A stretch of DNA of 63,630 nucleotides, the filler included, from Craspedostauros australis (Eukaryota): assembly GCA_030167865.1 (NCBI GenBank). It is 6 parts of 6 records of this genome, joined end to end, with 100 filler letters (N's around TTAATTAATTAA, not from the genome) between each part and the next. Parts side by side here need not be neighbours in the genome. Positions count along the whole stretch, not along the records: positions 10,936 to 16,413 come from JALAGF010004221.1; positions 16,514 to 20,391 come from JALAGF010004222.1; positions 20,492 to 36,333 come from JALAGF010004223.1; 3 more parts are not named here. One strand, written 5' to 3'. A program made the translations under genes and the position numbers. The notes under the pieces are model-generated. The model was given only the letters and a program-made list of their open reading frames with translations, had not been told where the DNA came from and did not search any database. Below, piece after piece: positions 10,936 to 23,753 of the stretch; positions within the stretch are counted from its first letter, which is position 1, and each line of letters starts with the position of its first letter.

Positions 10936-13900
10936 CATTCCGTGATTTGGAACTGCGTGCTTACGCCGGAAGCTGCGGAGATCTACACTGCGCCGCGAGT
11001 GAATATTTCCCCCAACAACATCATGGTGCATGTGGCGACGACACACTCCCAAGCCCCACATTGACTTGGATAAGTGAGCCCCATCAGGCATATCGTATCG
11101 CAGTCATGGCGCTTCGTGAATTGGGTGGCGGCCTCCCGACGACCGCCCCAACGTTCAACATCTCCGTATCAAGCCACACCCTCGACAACAACACTGTCTG
11201 CGATGAGGCAGAATTCATCGGAGTTGGCGAATCCATCAATGGATCATTCAAGAGGGCCGCACTGGATGAAGACGTCATGGATTGCTACGTTCAGGAGGAC
11301 TTTTCATTCCAAAGGAGAAACGTAGATCTGGTGGGCTCATGGTATTACACCATTGGCACCGGTCGGCAGATGATCGCATCCTCATGCCTCGATCAAATAC
11401 ATACAAGACCGACAATCGTGATTGTGACGGGAGGAAAGTGCGGCAATCTCACTTGCATTGATTCCAGCACTCACTTTTGCGGAGTCAACGGGCAGGTGTC
11501 ATGGGAGAGCGAGACTGGCACGATGTATCGTGTGTGGATCGGGACAGAAGGATTCTTCACGAGCAACTATTCGCTGCATGTTGCAGATAGCTCATCAACG
11601 TCATCAATGTCATCAACTCCACCGCCGCTACCACCGTTGGCAGTGCCATCAGCAACATCAACATCGAATCCATGGAAGGCTTGGATTGATGTTGACTTCC
11701 CTGCATACGATGAGTGCGAACACGCGGTGACACTGGAGGTGTCGACCGATACGAGCGACATCACAACCGACGTGCTGCTGTCGATGACGCTGGTGACGAA
11801 TGATTATCACGTTGATATGTGCGGTTCTGCCTATCCTCAGCTGGTTGGTGGAGCTTGGTTCCACGTACATGGAATGGGAAAATTGGTGAAGATGACAGTC
11901 AACACAATCAAACCGAGTGATGACTATCAGGCGTTTGGCGAAGAGTTCACGAGAGACGCAAGATTCGTCGTATATCAAGCACAGCAGGAACCAGCAGGGG
12001 CATCATCCGACTGTGAGAGCTTGCGATGCGTGCATGGCAACAGCCAGGGTGGAGACTGGAGCCAACACACCTTCGCAACGTGGTTTGCAGAGGATGGTGT
12101 CGATTACTACATTCAAGTGTACAATGTATACCCATCTATTGCTGCACGCTTGACGCTGATCGAACACACCCAAGCAGGTGCCGCATGCGGATACAATGTG
12201 GTTGATGGCATGCCCACGAATGTAATCGAAAAGGGCGACACAGTCCTTTCAGTGACCAGAAGGGGCAGTCCCCAGAGTGAGGTAGTGCCGACCATTTGCG
12301 ACGGCCAAGACGGCATCCCACACAACAACGGGGCATGGTTTTCATTCATCGGTGACGGAAAGCGCGTCCGTGCGTCTACCAGCAATCCTGGTTCGAACGC
12401 GAACATGACGATTCAAGTGTACTCGTACGATGGTGACAGCTGCGATATGTTGGAGTGTGTAGCAGCAACATATCATGAGGACATCATCGGATTCAAATTC
12501 AACGGAATAGGTTACACTGTGATGGGCCATCAAGATGTCGATTGGACAACCGCGCAAGGTCAACGGTACAGTCTCTTCGTTCAGGCGACTGGCGCCGACG
12601 GTGCCGACGGCGATGATGCCATCCAGCATGTATTCGAACTGAGCATAACAGAATTGAGATCTGTGGACACCTGTGACGGAGCTCGACCTGCTCGGGTCGG
12701 AAGACTCATCAAATTTATTTTCGAAAGTGAGCTTGGACCAGACACCACAGGCTCTCAATGTGACGATCCTTTGGCGGATTGGTGGAACTTTCCTGGCGCT
12801 TGGTACACGGTTGTCGGAGATGGCACGACCCTGGTTGCATCCACCTGCGCTGAGAGACCATCCCCTCCTGGTCTCTCCACGCAGGTGAGTGTGTACAGCG
12901 GTACTTGCGGCGCATTGAGTTGTGTCGGATCGAGCGATGTCTACTGCGATCGCAATGGTCAGGTGGCCTGGTCAAGTGAAGCTGGAACGACTTACTATGT
13001 GCTGATCCGTCACCCAAAGTGGTTCGCACGCCAAACCGATGGCACATCTCTGCGCTCAGCACCCCGGGCATCAAGCATCTGCTCCGGGATTGTTACAGCC
13101 CCGTTGGAGCTGAGAGATGAAATGACGTTTGTCGTACCAGCATCAATCCCGACGTTCACGCCAATGCCAGTCGAACCAAGTGTTGGTGATGAGCAGGAAG
13201 AGCAGATGGCCAGTGTAGTGCCAAGCTGCGACTTCAAATTCAAGACATCGTCGAGCAACGTTGCATGGCTGAGCGTGATTGGTAGTGGCGGGTACATGAT
13301 GGTCACGACGCGCGGCTTCGACACGAGGTTCAACTCCACCGTGGAAGTCTATTCGGGACGAGACTGCAATCAGCTAAGCTGTGTCGACGGTGCGGTGCAA
13401 TCAAGAGCCAGGGGGTGGCTGAGCAAAGACGGCGACATGACATTCTATCACGCTGTTGCGAACGGTCCGCCTATGCATCAAGGTTCCATCTCGTGGCAAA
13501 GTGCGTTTGGCGAGGAGTATTTCATCCGCATCTCGGGCGTCGGAACGAACGAAAGCGCTGGAAGTACTGCTACAGGCACTGCTACAGGCACTGCTGAAAA
13601 GGATGCTGGCGATTCGGCTATGGACAACACCGCGCTGGCAGGGTCGCTGGTGTCAGTCAAGGTTGAGGCGAATGTCGCCAACGACCATTGCGAGAATGCA
13701 ATTCCCCTTTACGATCGCGACGAAGTGCTTGTCGATATGAATATGGCAACGATCGATGACATCGACTTGTGCCACTCTCCTCGGAAACCACACGCGGACA
13801 CAACACCTTTGACACATGCTGCAGTCTGGTTCAAGATTCTTGCATCGGAGCTGCAAAGAATGGATTCCGGAATGCGGATCACCGCGTGCTCAGCGGGTAC

Positions 13901-14099
13901 GCAAATCGGTGTATTCGTGGGCGATGATTGCGACAGCTTAAGATGCCTTCAAACGGTGGCAGCCTTTGGGGCAACCAGCTGCGTCGAACATGAACTCCCT
14001 GCCGATTCTGATGAAGATGTTTATCTTCTATTGATGGGTGGGACGTCATCGGCTCAGATCGACGTGAGAGTTCGTCAGCTGTATCTTTGGGACATATAG
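10936..14099 (+). CDS. Large Cys-rich repeat protein, probably extracellular (PPC-like beta-sandwich repeats); 5' end lost at the spacer
   Basis: Intronless ORF of more than 1050 aa with about 6 modules of C..A ... G.W[YF]...G.G....ASTC ... VYSG.C..L.CV ... V.W.S..G..Y.I.V; includes ANDHCENA. Confidence 0.8.
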
Positions 14100-14257
14100 C
14101 ATCATATCATAGGTGGCTTTTTTGTTTGAAACAATCCTGGGGGGTGTACAGTGATTATGGATTGTGCAGTATTGGTATATACATACTCGTACTCTTATGT
14201 CACAGTATAAGGAGGTTAGGCAAACGTGGCGTATCAGTCTGCTTCCTCCCCCAGAAC

Positions 14258-16413
14258 ATATATAACACACGGATTATAACGGTTACGTCATGCGCCGATG
14301 GCGCTTTTATTCCGCCTCGTTTATTCAACGTGATAGCACATTGCGGGAACGGAGTGAAGTCGTGTGGCAGCCGTGGTTGCCGGGAGGAACACTTCAGGTC
14401 TCGGTGGAAGCTGGGCGTGGTGTGGCGTGGGCGGAGTTGGAAGCGGAGGTCGCCTTGCGCCGGACGTTGAGCATCCAGTTGGAGAGCACTTTCGGGAGAG
14501 GGGGGCTGTCGTGGCTGAGCGCATTGTGCATGGCCTGCACCCATTCCGCAAGGGCGCGGGTTTGCTGTATGGGAGGTGGTTGTTCCCAGAGGGGCCGCAG
14601 CGGGGGCGGTACAAGTGCTGGCGCCACTGACCGGACTTGGAGGGCCTGCTGTTCGAGCAGCTCCACCATACCATCAGCGAGCTGCGAGGCTTTGACCTCG
14701 TTGCGGTCTTTCCACTGCTCCAGGATCGCGTGCCACAGCAGACTTGTCACACTGGCTTGCCAGTCTCGGAGTTGTCGGGGCAGTCGTCTGCGGCGGCGCT
14801 GATCCGCGGGAGGGGCATGCTCTCGCCAGGCCGTGGCCCACCCGCCCCACATTATGGCATTCCACCCCACTTTCGCTTGCTGTTGCTGGATACTCTTGGT
14901 GGGAGAGTCGCGAATGCCGGACGGGGGAATGCCTCCTGTGGAGATGCGGGTGATGGCCGTACATAGCAATTGAGCGACTAGCGGTGGCGTGGTTGGCGGT
15001 CGCACGATTGACCGCACCTTGAGCATCGTCCTGGACCAAATGGCCTGACTGGATGCACTGGGGCACATGACAACATGTGAGTTGTCTTCCGGCCGGCCAC
15101 ATCTGGGGCATGTGTCAGAGGCCTCCTGCTGTCGCCGCTGCATGTTCTTGCCGCTAGCGCCTGCGCCAGCCATAAGCTTGAGCAGTGTGCGTCGCCTGCC
15201 ACCTTGCCAACGTCGGGAGTTGGTCCGCATGGGCATCCAGTCCACCTCAGAGGGGTGCGCATGTCCCCAGCGCCGACACCACTTGAGTTGGATGCCAGTG
15301 CCGTCGAGGGCATTGTGCACCGTCCAGTAGTTGAGGTCGGTGATGGGCGTGGCGCCTGCAAGCAAGGTCCATCCTCCGGTGGGCACCGGGGGAATATCAT
15401 TGCTCCATCCGGTCTGGCTCGAGCTCTCCCATTGTCGGCCTGCGTGGGCGTCAGCGGCGACGTTCATGGTTTCCCATTCCGTGAGAGGCTGACCGAAGTC
15501 GTCTGTGTGACCTTTCACTTCCTGCTGCCGGAATTGCACCACTGTTTTGCGCAGCAGTCGGACGATTTCTGTTCTGAGATCGTGATCGGGCCGCCTGGGG
15601 TCGGGCCACTGGGAAGTGGTCACAGACCTGAGCGCCCTGTCGTTGTCGCACGCGATGGTGGCGCCGCCAGTCACACCTGCCCACTCTGCAATGGAAGTCA
15701 CCACCCATATGGACATGAGCACTCCAGCAAGCTCGGCCCGGTTGGAGTCTGTCGGGTGCGACCCTTCGGGAACCGCTGATGTGGCGACGATCTGGTGCGT
15801 GTCGTCTCCGACCGCACTTTGGATGACTGCTGCGGCTGCGCCTTTGCTGTGCTTCGCTGATGCATCGCTGCAGGCTGCGCATGTGCCGGTCGTGATCGAC
15901 TGAACGATTTGGTGGACGTCGCCTTGGATCTGCAGCGTTGGTAGCATGGCGATGGCTGCGGGGCCTTTGTGGTGTAGCCAAGCACGAATGGAGGTCGGGT
16001 TGGCGCGGGCTTGAATGCCCCCGGATGCTGTGGTGGCCGCTCCGGATCGCCGAGCAGATCTGTCGACCACATGCGTTGGGAGGGGGCCGTTGGTGTCTTG
16101 GGCTCTCGCCTGGCCTGGTAGCCTGATCGTTCCGTCTGGGAGTTGAGCAGCGCGGCGTGAGGGCGCGTGGTACCACAGACCGAGGGTCGCCTGCACATGC
16201 CAACCTGGTCTGTCTGCGGCCACCAGAGTTGCCAGCACATGTTCCCAAGCTTCCCACGCTGTCCGGGTTACGGTCCCCGTCTTGGGCCACGTGGTGGTGC
16301 CTGGTGGCAGCCTGGATCGTCGCAGGATGTCGGGCAGGATGCGTGTGCCACAGGCGGAGGTGATGTCCGACAACCAAAGCGCTCTGAGGTGTATGCGGGC
16401 GACGTTAGCCAGA
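14258..16413 (-). mobile_element. 3' part of an Ambal-like non-LTR retrotransposon (RNase H + CCHC + 3' UTR)
   Basis: ORF 14394-16413 is colinear with the C-terminal third of ORF2 at 25700-31300 (CSDASAK, SNRAELAG, ACDN, VKGHTD, CPRCG..ED..HV..C). Its 3' UTR is homologous to 25530-25625. Confidence 0.9.
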
Positions 16414-16513
16414 NNNNNNNNNNNNNNNNNNNNNNNNNNNNNNNNNNNNNNNNNNNNTTAATTAATTAANNNNNNNNNNNNNNNNNNNNNNNNNNNNNNN
16501 NNNNNNNNNNNNN
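16414..16513. other. Artificial contig spacer
   Basis: 44 N + TTAATTAATTAA + 44 N. Confidence 0.98.
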
Positions 16514-17283
16514 TATTGCGGGGCTCCCCCTGGCATTGAGTCATCCTGGTGTGTCTCAGTACCCAAGTTCTGGGGCCACTCGAACCCCTCCAGTGTGTGT
16601 GTGTGTGATGTGAAGTCATTATGACTCATCTCTGTTGTCTCTGCTGAGACTGTGAACAGGGGTTGGCATTCCGTGTCTTTCGCACGTTGTCAGGAGGATG
16701 GTCTGCCCTTCAACCGGTTTTGGCGCCGTTTGATGTCGAGAACAAAGCTGTATCAGATGGTGATGTAACTGTAGTAGATTCGGAAGTAAGCTGCGAAGAT
16801 TGTTTCTGATTGCTTGTTTTATGTGTTAAGCTTCTATTGATAGGACGATCGAGTAAAAAGGTAGGGGTTCATGCTGTCGTGCTTCAGCCGTTCTTGTTGT
16901 ACAGCAACATGTTGTGATGGTTCTGCACACACAGCTGTCCAGGAATTGCCATCCGTAGAGCAGCACCTGGTCCATTGACATGGATATGCTTCAAGATGCA
17001 TACAGGTTCTGCGAGATGGTTAGTTGGACAGGTGGCAGGGGTGCATGAGCTGGAGAGTGAGCAGAGTGTGGATTGTGGTTCAACTACACATCATGTGCGC
17101 GGTAGTCTTTCATCACAGTATCGGTTTCGGATACCGGGTACCGTGTACGCGACATGGACAATTGAGTCCCGGATAAGTCCCGGAACAAGTCTGTCCCAAC
17201 TCTCCCTCTTGGCGTAGTGCGAAGCATGTCCCTGGTGTAAAAACCTCCATCGTTCGATCAACAGTTCACAATTTGTGTTGCTG

Positions 17284-18504
17284 TTACCATCCCATGAGCA
17301 TCCGGCGCAGATGCTCGAATGCATCCCGCGCAAGGCCCTTGGTGAAGATATCAGCGATCTGGTGTGGTGTTGGTACGTGTAGGATTCAGATGAAGCCCTC
17401 TTTGACCCAATGCCAAAAGAAGTGCCATTTGGTTAGAAAGTGTTTGGTTTGCGCGGTGACCTTGTGGTTTGTGGCCAGCGAAATGCACGCTTCGTTGTCT
17501 TCAAAAACAGTGCATTGGATGTTGGTCTGTAGTGGTTGATTCAGGCTAGTTGATGCGTTCACTTCGTTGATGAGCTGCTGCATTGGGATGAGGGCGCGCA
17601 TGGCGAGAGACAGTGCAGCGTACTCCGGCTCCATCGTGGATAGAGCGATCTCCGTCTGTAGTTTCGATTTCCACACAAGCGGACAGCCACCAAGGATGAT
17701 GACGTATCCCGTGCGAGAGCGTACTGCGTTTGGTGACTCATCGGATTCGTGCTTGTATAGGCCAGCAAAATCGGCGTCAACATAGCATTCCAGGTTGAGT
17801 TAGCCCGTTGGCCGGACGATGGTTCCCATCATGTTGGTGTGACGGAGGTAGCGCACTATCATTTTGACGGCCTTTGCATGTGACTGGCGCAGGTCGTTGC
17901 TGAATCGGGCCACCTGAGAGACGGCGTAGGCCAGGTCAGGACGTGTGTTCATAGTCAAATAGAGCAGCATACCGACAATGGAGCAGTAGTTCCATGCTTC
18001 CTTCATCGGGGGTTGGTCAGTTGATGCCCCAAGCGCCAGTTGTGTTGTGGGAGTCACGTTGGGCTTGCAGTCCTGCATGCCAGTGGCCTCGATGATTTTG
18101 TTGATGAGGCCGGTTTGCTTGAGGTGGATGGTGTTGGCCTTGGGGTCTTTGTGAAGGGATATCCCCAAGAACTCCGTGAACGTGCCTTCTCGTGTGAGGT
18201 CACACCTGCGCTTGTGCATGGATTCAATGAATGCGTCTGCTTCTCCTTCCGTACGTGAGGCGATGCCAGCATCGTCCACGTAGAGAACGATCATCATTCC
18301 ATCGCGCATGAACAGGCACCTCTCCTGGTCACATGCGTGAAACCCTTCTGCGAGGAGGGCGTGCACGAGGTGTTGGTACCATAGCTTGGGAGCTATAGTC
18401 AGCCCGTACAGGCTTTTGACCAGTTTGAGGCACATGTTGGATCCATTCGTAGATCGGAGGCTGCGAGGGAGGTGTAAGTAGACGGGTCGGTGGATGTCGG
18501 CTTG
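17284..18504 (-). pseudogene. Ty1/Copia RT-RNase H remnant
   Basis: KSLYGL, LYVDD, TRPDLAYAV, YVDADFAG, IALST, FEDNEAC, TKH, ADIFTK. In-frame stops at 17800 and 17386; 5' truncated at 18505. Purine tracts on the minus strand at ~17198-17208 and ~16524-16531. Confidence 0.92.
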
Positions 18505-19200
18505 TGTTGGCAAGTTCCGCTCACGGAAGCCTACGATCGTGGAAGACGGTGTTGGTTGATAGTCGTTTCATTTGCTATTTCATTAGTTGAGCACTCCGAT
18601 CCTCTCAGTGTCTCCGTTCTCTTGCCCAATGCTCTCGGCGCGTTTGTCTGTTTTGTAGATTGGGTCGTCCGACTATGAGTCGGTACGCGAGATGCTCTCT
18701 TGCTACTCTTCGTATTCTCTCTCTTCTCAATGTTATGTGTTCATGTTACACAATACTCCGTGTTCGATGCATACTCCGCATTCAACACTCCATGAGTTCA
18801 TCGCTGGTTTCTACTCCACAAGTACTTACCACTTGAACTCCTCTTCGTGTATCCATGATCTCGATGCCCTTCGGTCATCGAATCTTCACCTTCTGCTTCT
18901 GACATGGAGACAGATGTCGACATGGTGACATGATGACATCCTGTCGACGTCAGCTGTCGCCTGTCTTGTTCCTCCAGATGTCACGTTCCATCGATGATGC
19001 GATGGTCTGTCAGATGATATCGTCATCTGGGGTTTAGTTGGGAGGTACATCGAGCTTCGCTCGATACCATACGTTTCCATTGATGGATGGACGGACGACG
19101 TTCCTGATTCTCTCAGAAATCGTTGATTGCAAATTTCCTCCAAAAATCTTGCTCATTTTCGTGTGTTCCATTTGTGGTGTGACTTTGACAAATCACAGCA
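18505..19200. repeat. Unclassified repeat starting TGTTGGCAAGTTCCGC (LTR-like terminus); right boundary approximate
   Basis: The same terminus occurs at 18505, 22483 and, diverged over ~105 bp, at 23836. Each occurrence cuts a TE coding sequence abruptly. Confidence 0.5.
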
Positions 19201-19362
19201 TACTAACCACACGAGCGTAGTTGTACTGTCCGTACATGTATAAGAGAATAGTGGGTGAACGATGAACATATTCACGTACATCTTAACATATACACGCATG
19301 TACATCTCGACATTCATGCTTCCAACTGCACTGTTCATTACGGTTATTTACAAGTAGTCCTC

Positions 19363-20058
19363 CTAGAGCTTGGAGAAGACGCCCCTGAGGTAGGTACGAA
19401 TCTGATTGCGATCGCAGGCCTCGTTCTTCCAATTGTGAAGAAGGATAGAAGACCACATGATCCTGCCACGTCGGATGTTATCAGTAGGAAGGGGAGTGAG
19501 GAGGCGGCGGAAGGTTGCTGTGAGATTATGATTGCCCCGCTCTGCGCACTGACGCAAGTGTGTGAGAGTAGAGTTGTATGCAGAGTGCTTGTGCTGCTTG
19601 CTCTTCTTGACCTTGATCACTTTGCCCTTCAGATGCTTGGCGGTGCTGAAGGCGGCATCTGCAGCGACCGTTGTTCCCTTTGGGAGCTTCATGATGTGCT
19701 CGTAGATGTGCGCCCAGACACAAGACGTGGAATCGTGAAAGCTGCTGGGAGTGTTGACTGCACAGTCAACGACTCGCCCTTTCAAGTTCCAAACCAGCAC
19801 GAGATTGCGGTTGACATCCTTGGTCCACCCATTGAAGTCGCGGTTCTGCTCGGCGGGAAGCGCTGGTGCGTGGCTGATGAGCTTCAAGCCATCAATCACT
19901 GCCACGACGCCAGGTGCAGCAGAAAAGGACTTGCTGATGTCTTTCATGTCATCGAGGGCGTCATCGCTTCTATCCCAGAACACCTTGGCGAGGTCATGCA
20001 TGATCAATGCTTCTAGGATTGCGTCCATGCCCAAGTTGAGGTAGTCGTGGAAGACGGT
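19363..20058 (-). pseudogene. 5'-truncated DDE_Tnp_4 (Harbinger-like) transposase, second family
   Basis: IDGLK, FNGW, NTPSSFHDS, AADAAF, LRQCAERGN, LLHNW..NQIRT. A different TGTTGG-starting sequence begins at 20059. Confidence 0.85.
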
Positions 20059-20391
20059 TGTTGGAAATCCGGGGTAACCCAGTCTCTAGTTTGTAGTAGT
20101 ATCTGATTACCTATTCCTGTTGTTGCATTGTTGGAACTGTGAGAACAACATCTTCATTTCTTGTATCTTCAAATCCATTGCCCATGATAATAGCAGTAGC
20201 ACCCTGTAGTTGCTCTTGTATTCATCATTGCAAAGCTTGCTCATCATGCACATCTCATCATGCATTTCAGGCGTATTTCATCATGTTCATCCATGGTGAT
20301 TCCCTTTTACACTCCTGCAGTACATGCATGCTGATGTCGAGTTTCACTCTCTTCTGATCCGACATCAATCACCCATTCAGTGCACTCTTTC

Positions 20392-20491
20392 NNNNNNNNN
20401 NNNNNNNNNNNNNNNNNNNNNNNNNNNNNNNNNNNTTAATTAATTAANNNNNNNNNNNNNNNNNNNNNNNNNNNNNNNNNNNNNNNNNNNN
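20392..20491. other. Artificial contig spacer
   Basis: 44 N + TTAATTAATTAA + 44 N. Confidence 0.98.
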
Positions 20492-21261
20492 TATTGCGGG
20501 GCTCCCCCTGGCATTGAGTCATCCTGGTGTGTCTCAGTACCCAAGTTCTGGGGCCACTCGAACCCCTCCAGTGTGTGTGTGTGTGATGTGAAGTCATTAT
20601 GACTCATCTCTGTTGTCTCTGCTGAGACTGTGAACAGGGGTTGGCATTCCGTGTCTTTCGCACGTTGTCAGGAGGATGGTCTGCCCTTCAACCGGTTTTG
20701 GCGCCGTTTGATGTCGAGAACAAAGCTGTATCAGATGGTGATGTAACTGTAGTAGATTCGGAAGTAAGCTGCGAAGATTGTTTCTGATTGCTTGTTTTAT
20801 GTGTTAAGCTTCTATTGATAGGACGATCGAGTAAAAAGGTAGGGGTTCATGCTGTCGTGCTTCAGCCGTTCTTGTTGTACAGCAACATGTTGTGATGGTT
20901 CTGCACACACAGCTGTCCAGGAATTGCCATCCGTAGAGCAGCACCTGGTCCATTGACATGGATATGCTTCAAGATGCATACAGGTTCTGCGAGATGGTTA
21001 GTTGGACAGGTGGCAGGGGTGCATGAGCTGGAGAGTGAGCAGAGTGTGGATTGTGGTTCAACTACACATCATGTGCGCGGTAGTCTTTCATCACAGTATC
21101 GGTTTCGGATACCGGGTACCGTGTACGCGACATGGACAATTGAGTCCCGGATAAGTCCCGGAACAAGTCTGTCCCAACTCTCCCTCTTGGCGTAGTGCGA
21201 AGCATGTCCCTGGTGTAAAAACCTCCATCGTTCGATCAACAGTTCACAATTTGTGTTGCTG

Positions 21262-22482
21262 TTACCATCCCATGAGCATCCGGCGCAGATGCTCGAATGC
21301 ATCCCGCGCAAGGCCCTTGGTGAAGATATCAGCGATCTGGTGTGGTGTTGGTACGTGTAGGATTCAGATGAAGCCCTCTTTGACCCAATGCCAAAAGAAG
21401 TGCCATTTGGTTAGAAAGTGTTTGGTTTGCGCGGTGACCTTGTGGTTTGTGGCCAGCGAAATGCACGCTTCGTTGTCTTCAAAAACAGTGCATTGGATGT
21501 TGGTCTGTAGTGGTTGATTCAGGCTAGTTGATGCGTTCACTTCGTTGATGAGCTGCTGCATTGGGATGAGGGCGCGCATGGCGAGAGACAGTGCAGCGTA
21601 CTCCGGCTCCATCGTGGATAGAGCGATCTCCGTCTGTAGTTTCGATTTCCACACAAGCGGACAGCCACCAAGGATGATGACGTATCCCGTGCGAGAGCGT
21701 ACTGCGTTTGGTGACTCATCGGATTCGTGCTTGTATAGGCCAGCAAAATCGGCGTCAACATAGCATTCCAGGTTGAGTTAGCCCGTTGGCCGGACGATGG
21801 TTCCCATCATGTTGGTGTGACGGAGGTAGCGCACTATCATTTTGACGGCCTTTGCATGTGACTGGCGCAGGTCGTTGCTGAATCGGGCCACCTGAGAGAC
21901 GGCGTAGGCCAGGTCAGGACGTGTGTTCATAGTCAAATAGAGCAGCATACCGACAATGGAGCAGTAGTTCCATGCTTCCTTCATCGGGGGTTGGTCAGTT
22001 GATGCCCCAAGCGCCAGTTGTGTTGTGGGAGTCACGTTGGGCTTGCAGTCCTGCATGCCAGTGGCCTCGATGATTTTGTTGATGAGGCCGGTTTGCTTGA
22101 GGTGGATGGTGTTGGCCTTGGGGTCTTTGTGAAGGGATATCCCCAAGAACTCCGTGAACGTGCCTTCTCGTGTGAGGTCACACCTGCGCTTGTGCATGGA
22201 TTCAATGAATGCGTCTGCTTCTCCTTCCGTACGTGAGGCGATGCCAGCATCGTCCACGTAGAGAACGATCATCATTCCATCGCGCATGAACAGGCACCTC
22301 TCCTGGTCACATGCGTGAAACCCTTCTGCGAGGAGGGCGTGCACGAGGTGTTGGTACCATAGCTTGGGAGCTATAGTCAGCCCGTACAGGCTTTTGACCA
22401 GTTTGAGGCACATGTTGGATCCATTCGTAGATCGGAGGCTGCGAGGGAGGTGTAAGTAGACGGGTCGGTGGATGTCGGCTTG
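21262..22482 (-). pseudogene. Ty1/Copia RT-RNase H remnant (second copy)
   Basis: Same sequence and same stops as 17284-18504. Confidence 0.92.
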
Positions 22483-23542
22483 TGTTGGCAAGTTCCGCTC
22501 ACGGAAGCCTACGATCGTGGAAGACGGTGTTGGTTGATAGTCGTTTCATTTGCTATTTCATTAGTTGAGCACTCCGATCCTCTCAGTGTCTCCGTTCTCT
22601 TGCCCAATGCTCTCGGCGCGTTTGTCTGTTTTGTAGATTGGGTCGTCCGACTATGAGTCGGTACGCGAGATGCTCTCTTGCTACTCTTCGTATTCTCTCT
22701 CTTCTCAATGTTATGTGTTCATGTTACACAATACTCCGTGTTCGATGCATACTCCGCATTCAACACTCCATGAGTTCATCGCTGGTTTCTACTCCACAAG
22801 TACTTACCACTTGAACTCCTCTTCGTGTATCCATGATCTCGATGCCCTTCGGTCATCGAATCTTCACCTTCTGCTTCTGACATGGAGACAGATGTCGACA
22901 TGGTGACATGATGACATCCTGTCGACGTCAGCTGTCGCCTGTCTTGTTCCTCCAGATGTCACGTTCCATCGATGATGCGATGGTCTGTCAGATGATATCG
23001 TCATCTGGGGTTTAGTTGGGAGGTACATCGAGCTTCGCTCGATACCATACGTTTCCATTGATGGATGGACGGACGACGTTCCTGATTCTCTCAGAAATCG
23101 CTGATTGCAAATTTCCTCCAAAAATCTTGCTCATTTTCGTGTGTTCCATTTGTGGTGTGATTTTGACAAATCACAGCATACTGACCACACGAGCGTAGTT
23201 GTACTGTCCGTACATGTATAAGAGAATAATGGGTGAACGATGAACATATTCACGTACATCTTAACATATACACGCATGTACATCTCGACATTCATGCTTC
23301 CAACTGCACTGTTCATTACGGTTATTTACAAGTAGTCCTCCTAGAGCTTGGAGAAGACGCCCCTGAGGTAGGTACGAATCTGATTGCGATCGCAGGCCTC
23401 GTTCTTCCAATTGTGAAGAAGGATAGAAGACCACATGATCCTGCCACGTCGGATGTTATCAGTAGGAAGGGGAGTGAGGAGGCAGCGGAAGGTTGCTGTG
23501 AGATTATGATTGCCCCGCTCTGCGCACTGACGCAAGTGTGTG

Positions 23543-23753
23543 TACTAGAGCACTATCGTAATAATCACGAGGGGAGAGCAAAAGCAAAGTATCATGCCGG
23601 GATTCGAACCCGGAACCTCAGTGAGAATTTCTGGTGCTCTACCGTTGAGCTACAGGCGATGCGATTGCTGAACCGAACACAAGCGAAATTTTACATATAG
23701 TGGGGGCTACGGGAGTCACGTACTTAGCACTATTTGGTTTTGTGCTGATAGTG
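23543..23753. mobile_element. ~211-bp non-autonomous insertion with imperfect inverted ends and an internal tRNA-like unit
   Basis: Absent from the paralogous site at 19564/19565. Ends are TACTAGAGCAC...GTGCTGATAGTG. TSD is TG, or up to GTGTG if the element ends at 23750. Confidence 0.85.
23591..23660 (-). ncRNA. tRNA-like (pseudo-tRNA) Pol III unit
   Basis: A-box TAGCTCAACGGTAGAGC with a 4-bp D stem; B-box in a perfect T-arm CCGGG-TTCGAAT-CCCGG; TTTT just downstream. Acceptor and anticodon stems pair poorly. Confidence 0.65.

Noticed and set aside
23591..23660. Functional tRNA-Glu(UUC) gene
   Set aside because: Acceptor and anticodon stems are mismatched and U33 is absent; kept only as tRNA-like.
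23545..23748. Helitron reading of the insert (TC...CTAG on the minus strand)
   Set aside because: Removing that span does not restore the empty-site sequence seen at 19555-19570.
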